DNA from: an uncultured Methylomirabilota bacterium
GTDB taxonomy: Bacteria; Methylomirabilota; Methylomirabilia; Methylomirabilales; 2-02-FULL-66-22
Direction: 5' to 3'
DNA length: 64,000 nucleotides
Assembly (NCBI GenBank): GCA_963845565.1
Contig: CAWJSJ010000005.1
Location: forward strand, 928,001-992,000
The notes under the pieces are model-generated. The model did no database searches. It had not been told where the DNA came from and saw nothing but the letters and a program-made list of their open reading frames with translations. The translations under genes and the position numbers were made by a program. Position 1 is the stretch's first letter. Each line of letters starts with the position of its first letter. Below, piece by piece: positions 23,717-34,746 of the stretch.

Positions 23717-24760
23717 TCATCGTCCGCCGGTCCACAGTTCCCCCTGTGTGTGCGGCGGCGGCACCAGGCCGAAGTGACCGTACGCCAGGCGCGTGGCCAC
23801 CCGTCCCCGGGGAGTCCGGGCCAGAAAACCAAGCTGGATCAGGAACGGCTCGTACACGTCCTCGATGGTGTCCCGCTCCTCGCTGACGGCCACAGCCAGC
23901 GTCTCGATGCCGACCGGACCGCCGGAGAACTTCTCGATGATGGTCTGCAGGATCCGCCGATCCATTTCGTCGAAGCCGCGCTCATCCACATTCAGTCGGT
24001 TGAGGGCGTTGTGGGCCACGCGTTGGTCGATCGTCCCGTCCCCCTCGACCTGGGCAAAGTCCCGAACGCGGCGCAGCAGGCGGTTGGCGATCCGCGGGGT
24101 GCCGCGCGAGCGGCGCGCCAGTTCGACGGCTCCGTCCCCGGTGAGGCCGACGTTCAGGATCCGGGCCGAGCGGTTGACGATCTGCACGAGGTCGGCCTCG
24201 GTATAGAAGTCCAGCCGCAGCACGACGCCGAACCGATCGCGCAGCGGGGAGGTGAGGAGGCCCGCCCGCGTGGTCGCCCCTATCAGGGTGAAGTGGGGAA
24301 GGGTGAGCTTGTAGGTCTGCGCGCCGGGCCCCTGGCCGATCATGAGATCCAGCTTGTAGTCTTCCATGGCGGGGTAAAGCGTCTCCTCGACCGTGGGGTT
24401 GAGGCGGTGGATCTCGTCCACGAACAGGACATCCCGCTCCCGGAGGTTGCTGCTGAGGATGGGTGCCAGATCCTTCGGCCGATCCAGCACCGGACCGGAC
24501 GTTGAGAGGATGTTGACGCCCAGTTCTGAGGCGATGATATTGGCCAGGGTCGTCTTGCCGAGGCCGGGCGGGCCCGAGATGAGTACGTGGTCCAGAGCCT
24601 CGTTCCGGCTCCGTGCCCCCTGGATGAAGACCTGGAGGTTGTCCTTCACCTGCTGCTGGCCGACATATTCATCCCACCGGGTCGGGCGAAGTGTCTGCTC
24701 GACCTGCTGGTCCTCCGTCAGTTGAGTCCGTGCGGTGATGCGATCCGGGGTCTGGCCCAT
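23717..24760 (-). CDS. ruvB: Holliday junction branch migration helicase RuvB
   Basis: [30 protein letters not shown]. Confidence 0.98.
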   Translation of the reverse strand: MGQTPDRITARTQLTEDQQVEQTLRPTRWDEYVGQQQVKDNLQVFIQGARSRNEALDHVLISGPPGLGKTTLANIIASELGVNILSTSGPVLDRPKDLAPILSSNLRERDVLFVDEIHRLNPTVEETLYPAMEDYKLDLMIGQGPGAQTYKLTLPHFTLIGATTRAGLLTSPLRDRFGVVLRLDFYTEADLVQIVNRSARILNVGLTGDGAVELARRSRGTPRIANRLLRRVRDFAQVEGDGTIDQRVAHNALNRLNVDERGFDEMDRRILQTIIEKFSGGPVGIETLAVAVSEERDTIEDVYEPFLIQLGFLARTPRGRVATRLAYGHFGLVPPPHTQGELWTGGR

Positions 24761-24773
24761 GGTCGATGGCTCG

Positions 24774-25385
24774 TCAGGTGCGCTGGTCGCCCACGCCGCG
24801 GAGAGCCGTCTTGATCAGCTCCTCGAACGCTGCGCCGCGACCGAGTTCCGTCCGGGCGGCCTCGGCCGCCTGCTGCGCTTCTTTGCGGTTGCAGCCCAGG
24901 TTGACCAGGGCCGACACCACGTCGTCCATCGCCCGATCCAGCGTGGCCGGGGCCGCCGCCACGGCCTTGGGGGAGAGCGAGGCGCCCGCCGCTTTGTCGC
25001 GCAACTCCACTACCAACCGCTCGGCCAGTTTCTTGCCCACGCCGGGTACGGCCCGAAGCCGAGTGACATCTCCCTGGGAGAGGGCGGCCACCAGGTCCTC
25101 CACCGAGATGCCGGAGAGGATGTTGGTTGCCAGGCGCGGTCCGATTCCGCTGACCCCCTGGAGCAACTCGAAGAGCGTCTGCTCATCCCGCGTGTGGAAG
25201 CCGAAGAGCTGGATGGCGTCCTCGCGCACGTGGGTGAAGGTATGGAGCATGACCTCGCCCGGGATCTCGGGGAGCCGATAGAAGGTCGAGAGTGGAATGA
25301 GCACCAGATAGCCGACCCCCCCGACGTCCACCACGACGCGGTGCGGTTCTTTGCTGGCCAGGTGGCCGCGGAGCTGGGCGATCAT
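24774..25385 (-). CDS. ruvA: Holliday junction branch migration protein RuvA
   Basis: [29 protein letters not shown]. Confidence 0.97.
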   Translation of the reverse strand: MIAQLRGHLASKEPHRVVVDVGGVGYLVLIPLSTFYRLPEIPGEVMLHTFTHVREDAIQLFGFHTRDEQTLFELLQGVSGIGPRLATNILSGISVEDLVAALSQGDVTRLRAVPGVGKKLAERLVVELRDKAAGASLSPKAVAAAPATLDRAMDDVVSALVNLGCNRKEAQQAAEAARTELGRGAAFEELIKTALRGVGDQRT

Positions 25386-25386
25386 C

Positions 25387-25881
25387 TCACGACGTCCTCA
25401 ACCGAGCGTGCATGCGCGCAGCGTGCTGGTGGCAGATGGCGATTGCCAGAGCATCTGCGGCGTCGGCCGGCTGCGGGGGCTCGGGCAGCCGGAGGAACAT
25501 CTGGACCATGCGCTGGACCTGATCCTTCTGGGCCTGCCCGAAACTCGTCACGGCTTTCTTGACCTCCAGGGCCGAGTACTCGTGGATCTCGACCCCCGCT
25601 TCGGCCAGAGCCAGCAGCGCAACACCCCGCGCCTGCCCCAGCCGCAGCGCGCTCTGAACGTTCCGGGCGAAAAACACCGCCTCGACGGCGGCGCAGTCGG
25701 GGCGGAGGTCCGTCAACAGGATCCGGAGATCGCGGTAAATGCGGAGCAGGCGCTGGGCGAAAGGGAGACTTGCCGGAGACGTGATGGCCCCGAAGCGAAC
25801 CGCGTGAAGGCCGCCTTCCCGCTCCTCGACAACGCCGTAACCGGTGGCCGCCGTTCCCGGGTCGATGCCTAAGACGCGCAT
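25387..25881 (-). CDS. ruvC: Crossover junction endodeoxyribonuclease RuvC
   Basis: LGIDPG, LGQARG, DAADALAIAICH. Confidence 0.97.
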   Translation of the reverse strand: MRVLGIDPGTAATGYGVVEEREGGLHAVRFGAITSPASLPFAQRLLRIYRDLRILLTDLRPDCAAVEAVFFARNVQSALRLGQARGVALLALAEAGVEIHEYSALEVKKAVTSFGQAQKDQVQRMVQMFLRLPEPPQPADAADALAIAICHQHAARMHARLRTS

Positions 25882-25957
25882 GCGACCGCGCTGTTGACAG
25901 GTGTCGGTCGCCAGAGGACGCCGCGGAGACCCGGCCGTCGGGGGGACCTGGTCTCAG

Positions 25958-26127
25958 CAGGATGCTGAAAAACCCAATTTCGCCCAGGCTGCTTAAAACG
26001 GCCCAGATGCAAGGCGGTTCGCAAAGGGCGGGGTACCCACCGAAGGTGGGTCAAGGCGTACTTCCGGTACGCCGCAGCGAGTGCCCGAGCAGACCAACGC
26101 CGCAGATGGGCCTTTTTCAGCGGCCTG
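25958..26127. repeat. Family A MITE/REP-like element, copy 4
   Basis: CAGGATGCTGAAAAACC...CAGGCTGCTTAAAACGGCCCAGATGCAAGG...CCTTTTTCAGCGGCCTG-TTAG. Confidence 0.9.
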
Positions 26128-26146
26128 TTAGGCATGGCAGGGGCCC

Positions 26147-26896
26147 TCAGGCGGTCAGGGCCGCCATGATCTCGTCGGGGATGTCGAAGTTCGCGTACGC
26201 GTGCTGGACGTCGTCGTGCTCTTCCAGTTCTTCCATCAGTCTGAGCATCTGTTCGGCCGGCTTGCCCTCCAGCTTTACCGTGGTCTTGGGAAGCTTGGTG
26301 ATCTCGGCGGAGAGGGGCTGGATGCCCGCCCTGACGATGGCTTCGCGCACCTTCTCGAAATCCCGCGGCACCGTGGTGATGGCGAAGGCCCCCTCTTCCT
26401 GCTGCATGTCCTCGGCGCCCGCGTCCAGGGCCACGGACATCAACTTGTCCTCGTCCACCTTGGCAGCGTCCACCACGATATGTCCCTTCTTCTCGAACAG
26501 GAAGGCGACGCAGCCGGCCTCGCCCATGTTCCCTCCGTGCCGGGAGAACACCTTGCGGATCTCGCCCACGGTCCGGTTCTTGTTGTCGGTCATCACCTCG
26601 GCGAGAATCGCCGCGCCACCGGGGCCGTAGCCCTCGTAGATGATCTCTTCGTAGGTGACCCCTTCCAGTTCGCCCGTGCCCTTCTTGATGGCGCGATCGA
26701 TGTTGTCGGCGGGCATGTTGACGCTCTTGGCCGTCAACACGGCGCTTCGCAGCCGCGGGTTGCCCGTCTGATCGCCGCCCCCCACGCGAGCGGCCACCGT
26801 GATCTCACGGATGAGCTTGGTGAAGGCGCGCCCGCGCTGGGCGTCCACCTTGGCCTTCTTGTGCTTGATGCTCGCCCACTTGCTGTGTCCGGACAT
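26147..26896 (-). CDS. yebC: YebC/PmpR family DNA-binding regulator
   Basis: [29 protein letters not shown]. Confidence 0.96.
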   Translation of the reverse strand: MSGHSKWASIKHKKAKVDAQRGRAFTKLIREITVAARVGGGDQTGNPRLRSAVLTAKSVNMPADNIDRAIKKGTGELEGVTYEEIIYEGYGPGGAAILAEVMTDNKNRTVGEIRKVFSRHGGNMGEAGCVAFLFEKKGHIVVDAAKVDEDKLMSVALDAGAEDMQQEEGAFAITTVPRDFEKVREAIVRAGIQPLSAEITKLPKTTVKLEGKPAEQMLRLMEELEEHDDVQHAYANFDIPDEIMAALTA

Positions 26897-26989
26897 AATG
26901 CACCCCCTGAGTTGAGAGAAAGCTACCATAGGCCCGCGAAGCTTGCCAAGCGAAAAGTCCCGGCATGTCTGGCCACTCGGGGAATCGCC

Positions 26990-27018
26990 TTGACAGCCCG
27001 GAGGGCCTGGGCTAGAGT
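26990..27018 (+). promoter_or_regulatory. Sigma70-type promoter of the glp operon
   Basis: TTGACA-17 bp-TAGAGT. Confidence 0.7.
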
Positions 27019-27055
27019 GCCCGCAATGTTACGGGGTTGCTGAGACAAGTCGAAA

Positions 27056-27136
27056 TCCTCGCCGGGGCGGAGAAAAGAGAAAGTCCTAACGAGGGGCGAT
27101 TCGTGGGATCGCCTTTTGTTAGGACTTCGTGTTTCC
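27056..27136 (+). promoter_or_regulatory. Putative GlpP-dependent attenuator leader (GAGA-rich box plus terminator hairpin)
   Basis: 21-bp stem (with G-U pairs) 27081-27127, preceded by GGAGAAAAGAGA and followed by CGTGTTTCC, directly upstream of glpP. Confidence 0.7.
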
Positions 27137-27145
27137 GGGGGATGT

Positions 27146-27751
27146 ATGACGAACGCGCGCGAGCGGTTTTTCCAGGCCCTCAAAACCAAACCCGTCGTCG
27201 CCGGGCTGCGGCGCTCGGCGGACGTGGACGGGGCGATCCGGCACGGGATCGGGGTCCTCTTCATCCTGGGCGAGGACATCTTCGCGCTGCAGGAGAGCGT
27301 GGCCAAGGCCCACGGAGGGGACCGGCTGATCCTGGCGCACGTGGACCTGATCAAGGGCATCGGGCGAGACGAGGCCGGCGTCCGGTTCCTGGCGCGGGAC
27401 CTTCACGTGGATGGGATTTTGACCACCCGCGCGAACCTGATCGGTCCCGCCAAGCGGGAAGGCCTGATCGCCGTGCAACGGCTCTTCGTGCTGGACTCGG
27501 AATCGCTGGAAGCGGGCGTGCCCGCCGTGGAGCGGGCGGCCCCCGATGCGGTGGAGGTGCTGCCGGGGGTGATCCTTCCGCTGATCGCGCCGCGCCTCAA
27601 GGCGGCCAATCTTCCACCCCTGATCGCCGGGGGACTGATCCGCACCCGTGCCCAGGTGGAGGAGATCCTCGCGGCGGGAGCGATCGGGGTGTCAACGGGC
27701 GAAGCGGCCCTGTGGGGCTTCCGTGCAAACAAGGAGCAGACGAATCGATGA
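27146..27751 (+). CDS. glpP: Glycerol-3-phosphate-responsive antiterminator GlpP
   Basis: HVDLIKGIG, DGILTTR, QRLFVLDS, EVLPG, IAGGLI, GVSTG. Confidence 0.93.
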   Translation: MTNARERFFQALKTKPVVAGLRRSADVDGAIRHGIGVLFILGEDIFALQESVAKAHGGDRLILAHVDLIKGIGRDEAGVRFLARDLHVDGILTTRANLIGPAKREGLIAVQRLFVLDSESLEAGVPAVERAAPDAVEVLPGVILPLIAPRLKAANLPPLIAGGLIRTRAQVEEILAAGAIGVSTGEAALWGFRANKEQTNR

Positions 27752-29440
27752 AAGGCGGACTGGCGGACATCAACGGACGGATCTTCGACCTGGTCGTGAT
27801 CGGCGGCGGCATGGCCGGGGCCGGGATCGCTCGGGACGCCGCGCTGCGCGGCTATCGGACCCTGCTGTTGGAGCGGAAGGATTTCGCGTTCGGGACAACC
27901 AGCCGCTCCTCGAAGCTCATTCATGGCGGTCTTCGCTACCTGGAGCTGTTCGATGTCGGCCTGGTACGGGAGTCGCTCCGCGAGCGCGAACGCCTGGCGC
28001 GCCTGGCGCCGCACCTGGTGCGTCCGCTGCCGTTCTTGGTGCCGGTGTATCGCGGGGCCAAGCGCGGTATGCTCATGATTCGTATGGGCATGAAATTCTA
28101 TGACCTGCTGACGCCGGGGAAGCGCACGGAACACTACCGGACCATCTCCCGGGACAAGACCCTGAGCCTTGAGCGCTTTCTGGAGCCGCGGGACCTCCAG
28201 GGCGCGGGTTACTACTTTGACGACCTCCTCCTCCTGCCCGAGCGGTTGTGCCTCGAAAACGTCCTTTCGGCCCAACGATGGGGCGCCTCGATCCACAATT
28301 ACGCGGAGGTGCGTGGGCATTGCGAGCCGCGAGCCGCGAGCCGCGAGCCACGAGTGGGAGATCGAGGTGCGTGGAGCCGTGGACGGAAGCATCGCGCGGG
28401 TCACGGCGCGCGTGGTGGTGAACGCCGCGGGGCCCTGGGCCGACCAGGTGCGCCGGCTGGCGGGCGTGGACGGGGGAAAGCGGTGCGTGCGGACGACGAA
28501 GGGGATCCACCTGCTCCTGCCGCGCATCACGGACCACGCGGTGTACATCGCGGCGAAACGGGACGATCGGATGTTCTTCGTCATCCCCTGGCAGCAGTTC
28601 ACGCTGGTCGGCACCACGGACACTGACTTCAGCGGCGACCTGGACCGCCTGGCGGCGACTCGCGAGGAAGTGCACTACCTCATGGATGAGACGCGACGGG
28701 TATTTCCGGCGGCTCGCATGCGGGATGAGGACGTCTATTACACGTACGCCGGGGTCCGTCCGCTGAGCTTCGAGGAGGGAAAATCCGCCTCCGCCGTCTC
28801 GCGGGCCCACAAAGTGATCGCCGAGGGCCCGGCCGGGAATTTTCTGTCCATCACCGGGACGAAGTTGACGTGCTTCCGCAGCCTGGCGGAGGAAGCGGTG
28901 GATCAGGTGGGGCGTCTGCTGAACCGCGTCGAGCCTTGCCGCACGCACCGGCTGGCCCTCGACGGGTCGGATGGGGACGAGACGATCGCGGTGCGCCTCT
29001 GGGCGGACATCCCGGACCTCGGCCATCGGAGCGGCCTCGAGCCCGCCCAGGTGCAGAACCTCTTGGACACCTACGGACGGCGTTACCCGACCGTCCTGAC
29101 GGTGGCCGGCCGCTCTCCCGAGATGAAAGAGCGCCTCTGCCCGCAGAACCCCGACATTCGCGCCCAGCTGGCGTATGCCGTGGAGCACGAGTGCACCGAA
29201 ACGCTCGCCGACTTCCTGCTGCGGCGGACGGGGATCGGAACCAGCCCGTGCCTGGGGAAGGACTGCTGCGAGCCGATCGCCCGGTGGATGGCAGACCTCA
29301 AGGGCTGGGATCGCCAGCGGGTCGACCGGGAGATTCACCAGTACCTGGAAGAGATCGCCCTGGGGCAGCAGTTCCGGGAGTCCGGGCCGGAAGGCGCCCC
29401 GCCCTCGGGCGGTCATATTTCTGTAACGGACGCCCGGTAA
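27748..29440 (+). CDS. glpD: FAD-dependent glycerol-3-phosphate dehydrogenase, frameshifted near 28310-28350
   Basis: GGGMAG, GTTSRSSKLIHGGLRYLE in one frame; VNAAGPW, GTTD, AGVRPL, DFLLRRT in the next frame. Confidence 0.9.
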
Positions 29441-29540
29441 GCTCCTCCGGCGAGGTGACTTTGGGCGCCGGGCGGGCACCCGAGTCGGCAAGCCTGTTTT
29501 CCGCGGCCGCGGCCGGCGGGCGTGTGGTATAGTGCCACGC

Positions 29541-30431
29541 ATGGGATCGACCGGCCGTCGCCTGCAGATCGGCGCGGGATGCGCGGCTGCGCTCTGGGTA
29601 CTGACGCTGAGCCCGCTCGCGAGGAGTGCCATGACAGCCGAGACGACCCAGGGATTCCCGCCGCACCTGTCGCTCCAGGCCCACCGGGGCGCTGCGGGCC
29701 TGGCGCCCGAGAATACGCTGGCGGCCTTCCGGATGGCCCTCGACCTGGGTGCCGACGGCACCGAGATGGACCTGCAGGTCACCAAAGACGGCATCGTGGT
29801 CGTGATCCACGACGATACCGTGGACCGGACGACCGACGGTCGCGGCCGGATCGGGGATCTGACGCTGACCGAGATCAAGCGTCTGGACGCCGGCGCGAAG
29901 TTCGGGCCGGCGTTCCGCGGCGAGCGTATTCCGACGCTCCGGGAACTCATCGACCTGGTCAAGACCAGCGGGAAGGACCGGTTCCGCCTGAACCTGGAGA
30001 TCAAGTTCGCCGAAGGGCGAGAGGGGCAACCCGCGGATCTCGAGGAGCGGGTGCTGGCGGACCTCACCGAAACGAACTTCCTGGGTCGGGTGATCACCCA
30101 GTCGTTCTACCACCCCTCCGCAGCCAAGATGAAGCGTCTGGCGCCCGGGGTGCCCGCCGGCCTCCTGGTCGGGCAGAAGCGGCAGCCGGGCGACCCGGTG
30201 GCGGCGGTCCGCGACCACCGCGTGGACTACTATGCACCGCACTACTCGCTGGTGACGCCCGAACTCCTGCGGACCCTCCATCAGGCGGGCATCCCGGTAG
30301 TCACCTGGACGGTGAACGACCCGGCGGACATGCGCCGCCTGATGAGCATGGGGCTGGGCTCCCTGCCGGGGGACGGGATGATCTCGGATTACCCGGATCG
30401 GTTGGTGAACCTGCGGAAGACTCGTCAGTAG
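29541..30431 (+). CDS. glpQ: Glycerophosphodiester phosphodiesterase (exported)
   Basis: Signal-like N-terminus, AHRGAAGLAPENTL, EMDL, HDDT, WTVND, SDYP. Confidence 0.9.
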   Translation: MGSTGRRLQIGAGCAAALWVLTLSPLARSAMTAETTQGFPPHLSLQAHRGAAGLAPENTLAAFRMALDLGADGTEMDLQVTKDGIVVVIHDDTVDRTTDGRGRIGDLTLTEIKRLDAGAKFGPAFRGERIPTLRELIDLVKTSGKDRFRLNLEIKFAEGREGQPADLEERVLADLTETNFLGRVITQSFYHPSAAKMKRLAPGVPAGLLVGQKRQPGDPVAAVRDHRVDYYAPHYSLVTPELLRTLHQAGIPVVTWTVNDPADMRRLMSMGLGSLPGDGMISDYPDRLVNLRKTRQ

Positions 30432-30480
30432 TCGTGCGGACGTCTCCGACAACACGCGTCAGTCAGGGAGGAGCCAAGCC

Positions 30481-31833
30481 ATGAAAAGGATGTCTCGTTT
30501 CCGAGTAGTGGCCGTACTGGTGATCGGGCTCGGCATTGCCGCGGCGCTGGTCCCAGCGTTCGCGCAGGCCCAGCAGAAGGTTCAGGTGGACTTCTGGCAC
30601 GGTCTCACCCAGCCCCTGGGCGGCATCCTGGAAGATGTCGCCGCCGGTTTCAACGCCTCACAGGGCAAGTATCAGGTCAACGCCACCTTCAAGGGGAGCT
30701 ACCCCGAGACCATGGTGGCGGCCATCGCCGCCTTCCGGGCCGGCAACGCCCCGCACATCGTGCAAATGTTCGAGGTGGGTACCGCCACCATGATGGCGGC
30801 GCGCACGGCCATCAAGCCGGTGTACGAGCTGTCGAAGGAGACCGGCGTCAATATCGATCCGAAGAACTACGTCGGCGGGGTGCGCGGCTACTACAGCACG
30901 ACCGACGGCCGGCTGGTCTCGATGCCGTTCAACAGCTCGACCCCTATCACCTGGTATAACAAGGACGTCTTCAAGAAGGCGGGCCTCGACCCCGAGAAGC
31001 CGCCCCGGACCTGGGAGGAGACCTGGGCCGCCGCCAGGAAGATCGTGACATCCAAGGCGGCCACCTGCGGGTACACCATGGCGTGGCCCACCTGGACGCA
31101 GTACGAGAACTTCAGCGCCATCCATAACGTGCCGCTTGCCACCAAGGCCAACGGTATGGAGGGGATGGATGCCGAGATGAAGATCGACAGCCCGCTGCAC
31201 GTCAAGCACTTGCAGAACATGATGGACGCGCAAAAGGAAGGCGTCTTTAAGTACGGCGGGCGAGATGGACGGGCCGATGCCCTCTTCCCGTCCGGTGAGT
31301 GCGCCATCTTCCACGGCTCCTCCGGCATGCGCGCCCGTGTTATTCGCGAGGCGAAGTTCCAGTGGGGCGTGGCCATGCTGCCGTATTACAAAGGTGTGCC
31401 GGGTGCCCCGAAGAACGGCATCATCGGGGGCGCCAGCCTCTGGGTGATGACCTCCCCGAAGCGCACGACCGAGGAGTACAAGGCCGTGGCGGAGTTCTTC
31501 CAGTACATCTCCCGCCCGGAAGTGGACGCCAAGTGGCACATGGATACCGGTTACGTGCCCATCACGTTGGCGGGAATCAGCCTCGCCTCCGGGCAGGGCT
31601 ACTACATCAAGAACCCCGGCGCGGACGTCCCCTTCCGCCAGCTCACGCTGACCGAGCCCACCAAGAATTCCATGGGGCTGCGGCTGGGTAACATGCCGGA
31701 GATCCGGGTGATCATCCAGGAGGAGATGGAGAAGTCGTTCCAGGGCCAGCAGACCGCCAAGGCCGCCCTGGACAGCGCCGTCAAGCGCAGCAACGTGGTC
31801 CTGCGGAACTTCGAGCGGACGAACAAGCAGTAG
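30481..31833 (+). CDS. ugpB: sn-glycerol-3-phosphate ABC transporter substrate-binding protein
   Basis: QMFEVGTATMM, SMPFNSSTP, IIGGASLWV, TGYVP, LRLGNMPEIR. Confidence 0.95.
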   Translation: MKRMSRFRVVAVLVIGLGIAAALVPAFAQAQQKVQVDFWHGLTQPLGGILEDVAAGFNASQGKYQVNATFKGSYPETMVAAIAAFRAGNAPHIVQMFEVGTATMMAARTAIKPVYELSKETGVNIDPKNYVGGVRGYYSTTDGRLVSMPFNSSTPITWYNKDVFKKAGLDPEKPPRTWEETWAAARKIVTSKAATCGYTMAWPTWTQYENFSAIHNVPLATKANGMEGMDAEMKIDSPLHVKHLQNMMDAQKEGVFKYGGRDGRADALFPSGECAIFHGSSGMRARVIREAKFQWGVAMLPYYKGVPGAPKNGIIGGASLWVMTSPKRTTEEYKAVAEFFQYISRPEVDAKWHMDTGYVPITLAGISLASGQGYYIKNPGADVPFRQLTLTEPTKNSMGLRLGNMPEIRVIIQEEMEKSFQGQQTAKAALDSAVKRSNVVLRNFERTNKQ

Positions 31834-32020
31834 CAACGCCCGAAAGGCCTCCCGCCAAGAGGAGAACGAAACCACAGATTACGCAGATTGCACAGATTCT
31901 TCCGTGGCCTGTATCCCACAGACTCAGTCTTATTCGTGAAATCTGTGCAATCTGTGGTTTCTGCCTTGCTCTGAGCCTTGGCGGTGGCTTTCTGAAACTC
32001 CGGATGCCCGGGAGCCGCCG

Positions 32021-32899
32021 ATGCGCCGGCGCGTCATCTTTCCGAACAAGGTCCTTCCGTACGTGCTCCTCGCCCCCCAGTTGGTCATCACCATCATCTT
32101 CTTCTATTGGCCCGCCATGCAGGCGATTTATTATTCGGTCCTGCTGCAGGATCCGTTCGGGCTGCGCACCCAGTTCGTCTGGCTGGAGAACTTCCAGACC
32201 ATATTGAGCGACGCGCTGTATCTCGGGTCCGTACAGGTGACCGTGGTGTTTTCCTCCGCCGTGGCCGCCCTCTCGATGGGGGTGGCGCTTCTGTTCGCGG
32301 TGATGGCGGACCGGAAGATCCACGGGAAACACGTGTACCGGACGTTGCTCATGTGGCCCTACGCGGTCGCGCCCGCGGTGGCCGCCAGCCTCTGGCTGTT
32401 CATCTTCCACCCCGAGATCGGATTCCTGGGCCGCTGGCTGAACGAGATCGGGATGCGCTGGGACTACAAGCTGAACGGGAACCAGGCGCTGCTTCTGGTC
32501 ATCCTGGCTGCGTCATGGAAGCAGGTGAGCTACAACTTCCTGTTCTTTCTGGCCGGCCTGCAGGCCATCCCGAAATCGGTGGTCGAGGCGGCCTCCATGG
32601 ACGCGGGGCCGGGACGGACGTTCTGGAACATCATCTTTCCCCTGCTCTCGCCGACCACCTTCTTTCTCCTCGTCGTGAACGTGGTCTACGCCTTCTTCGA
32701 TACCTTCGGCGTCATCCATGCCATCACCGGAGGCGGACCGGCCAAGGCGACGGAGACGCTGATCTACAAGGTGTACGTGGACGGCGTGATGAATCTGGAT
32801 CTTGGGGGGTCCTCGGCGCAGTCGGTGATCCTCATGGTGGTGGTCATCGCCTTGACCGCCGTGCAGTTCCGCTTCATCGAGCGCAAGGTGCACTATTGA
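32021..32899 (+). CDS. ugpA: sn-glycerol-3-phosphate ABC transporter permease
   Basis: [37 protein letters not shown]. Confidence 0.95.
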   Translation: MRRRVIFPNKVLPYVLLAPQLVITIIFFYWPAMQAIYYSVLLQDPFGLRTQFVWLENFQTILSDALYLGSVQVTVVFSSAVAALSMGVALLFAVMADRKIHGKHVYRTLLMWPYAVAPAVAASLWLFIFHPEIGFLGRWLNEIGMRWDYKLNGNQALLLVILAASWKQVSYNFLFFLAGLQAIPKSVVEAASMDAGPGRTFWNIIFPLLSPTTFFLLVVNVVYAFFDTFGVIHAITGGGPAKATETLIYKVYVDGVMNLDLGGSSAQSVILMVVVIALTAVQFRFIERKVHY

Positions 32900-33750
32900 T
32901 GGGCTCACGCAACGGCCCGGTGAACTGGCTTCCCCATTTCGTCCTGAGCGTCGGCGTGGTGGTGTTCGCCTTCCCGATCTATTTCGCGCTGATCGGCTCC
33001 ACCCACGAGGCTGCCACCATCGCGACCGGTCGGATGCCGCTCCTGCCGGGCGGTCACCTGCTCGACAACTACTGGCACGCCTTGACCAGCGGGACAGGGT
33101 TCCGCGTCTCCGGGACGCCGGTGGGCACCCTGCTGCTCAACAGCCTGGTGATGGCGCTGGTCATCGCCGTGGGGAAGATCGCCATCTCCATCATCTCGGC
33201 GTACGCCGTGGCCTTCTTCAGCTTTCCGGGCCGCATGTTCTTCTTCTGGATGATCTTTGTCACCCTGATGCTCCCCGTCGAGGTCCGGATCATCCCGACC
33301 TACAAGGTGGTGACCGATCTTCACATCGTCAACACCTTCACCGGACTCACCGTGCCGCTGATTGCCTCGGCCACGGCGACACTGCTCTTCCGCCAGGTGT
33401 TCCTGACCATCCCCGACGAGCTGGCGGAAGCGGCCAAGATCGATGGGGCCGGCGCCCTCCGGTTCTTCTGGCAGATCGTATTACCGCTCTCCCGGACGAA
33501 CATCGCCGCGCTGTTCGTGATCCTCTTCATCTACGGCTGGAACCAGTACCTGTGGCCGCTCCTCGTCACCACCGACCGTAGCATGGAGACCATCGTCATC
33601 GGCATCGTCAAGATGATCGGCACCAGCGAGGCGCAGACCGACTGGAACCTGATCATGGCGACCGCCGTCCTGGCGATGATCCCCCCGGTGGCCGTGGTCG
33701 TCTTTCTGCAGCACTGGTTCGTGAAGGGACTGGTCGAGACGGAGAAGTAG
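32899..33750 (+). CDS. ugpE: sn-glycerol-3-phosphate ABC transporter permease
   Basis: TLMLPVEVRI, PLIASATAT, GWNQYLWP, FVKGLVETEK; TGATG overlap with ugpA. Confidence 0.95.
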   Translation: MGSRNGPVNWLPHFVLSVGVVVFAFPIYFALIGSTHEAATIATGRMPLLPGGHLLDNYWHALTSGTGFRVSGTPVGTLLLNSLVMALVIAVGKIAISIISAYAVAFFSFPGRMFFFWMIFVTLMLPVEVRIIPTYKVVTDLHIVNTFTGLTVPLIASATATLLFRQVFLTIPDELAEAAKIDGAGALRFFWQIVLPLSRTNIAALFVILFIYGWNQYLWPLLVTTDRSMETIVIGIVKMIGTSEAQTDWNLIMATAVLAMIPPVAVVVFLQHWFVKGLVETEK

Positions 33751-33754
33751 GCGT

Positions 33755-34729
33755 TTGGGATATTGGGCGACTGGGCAACGAGGCAATTGGGTTAGGCACA
33801 GACAGGCCGGCAAGAGGACGTTGTGTCTGGCCGCGCTGATCGTCCTTCTGGCCGGGGCTGGCTGCACCCCGACCTTTGCCTCGGACGAACGGACCCACCA
33901 TGTGGTCGTCCTGGGGGACCCGCACCTTCCGGGACGACACCTGCCGGCCAAGCAGGCGGTCCTCCGGACCATCAACGGGTGGGCCGATGTCGATCGCGTC
34001 GTGGTCCTGGGCGATATCTGCGAGGACCGGGGGACGGCAGAGGAGTACGCGTTCGCCAGGCAATTCTTCGCCACGTTGACCGCGCCGACCCACTTTCTCG
34101 TCGGCAACCACGACTATATCTACGAAGACGGGCCGAATGCCCGCGGAGGTCGGACCAGGGGCAGCCCGGACAGCCGCGCGGCGAAGCTCCGGCGATTCCG
34201 GGAGGCCTTCGGCCTGGACGAGGTGTATTCCAGTCGGCGGGTCGGGAATTATCTGCTCGTCTTCCTGTCCACCGATCACCTGCTGTCGCCGCACCTTGCG
34301 CAGATCTCCGGGCGCCAACTGGACTGGTTGCGCGCGGAGCTCCGCCGGCACAGCACCACGCCAACAGTCATCTTCTTCCACGCTCCCCTCCGCGGCACGC
34401 TCCTCGACTTCAACGACCGTGTCAACAAGGACGACTACGTCGCGCAGCCGCATGCGGAGCTGCGCGAGCTGCTCCTGCGGAACCGCCAGGTGTTCCTGTG
34501 GGTCGCCGGGCACCTGCACGTGTCCGCCACCAACGAGAGCTACCGGTCGGCGATCAACCTGTTCGAGGGGCAGGTGACGACCGTCCACGTCACCGACATG
34601 CAGCGGGAGCGGATCTGGACCACGTCGCTGTTCCTCCATTCCGACCGGGTCGTCGTGAAGACCTTCGATCACCAGCAGGGCGCCTGGGTCGAGGAGGTGG
34701 AGCGGACGGTGAAACCGGGACGATACTAA
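33755..34729 (+). CDS. Calcineurin-like metallophosphoesterase, probable lipoprotein (start uncertain)
   Basis: GDPH, GD, GNHD, FFH, GHLH motifs; hydrophobic stretch ending AGC. Confidence 0.85.
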   Translation: MGYWATGQRGNWVRHRQAGKRTLCLAALIVLLAGAGCTPTFASDERTHHVVVLGDPHLPGRHLPAKQAVLRTINGWADVDRVVVLGDICEDRGTAEEYAFARQFFATLTAPTHFLVGNHDYIYEDGPNARGGRTRGSPDSRAAKLRRFREAFGLDEVYSSRRVGNYLLVFLSTDHLLSPHLAQISGRQLDWLRAELRRHSTTPTVIFFHAPLRGTLLDFNDRVNKDDYVAQPHAELRELLLRNRQVFLWVAGHLHVSATNESYRSAINLFEGQVTTVHVTDMQRERIWTTSLFLHSDRVVVKTFDHQQGAWVEEVERTVKPGRY

Positions 34730-34746
34730 CCAGGGGGCTGAACACG

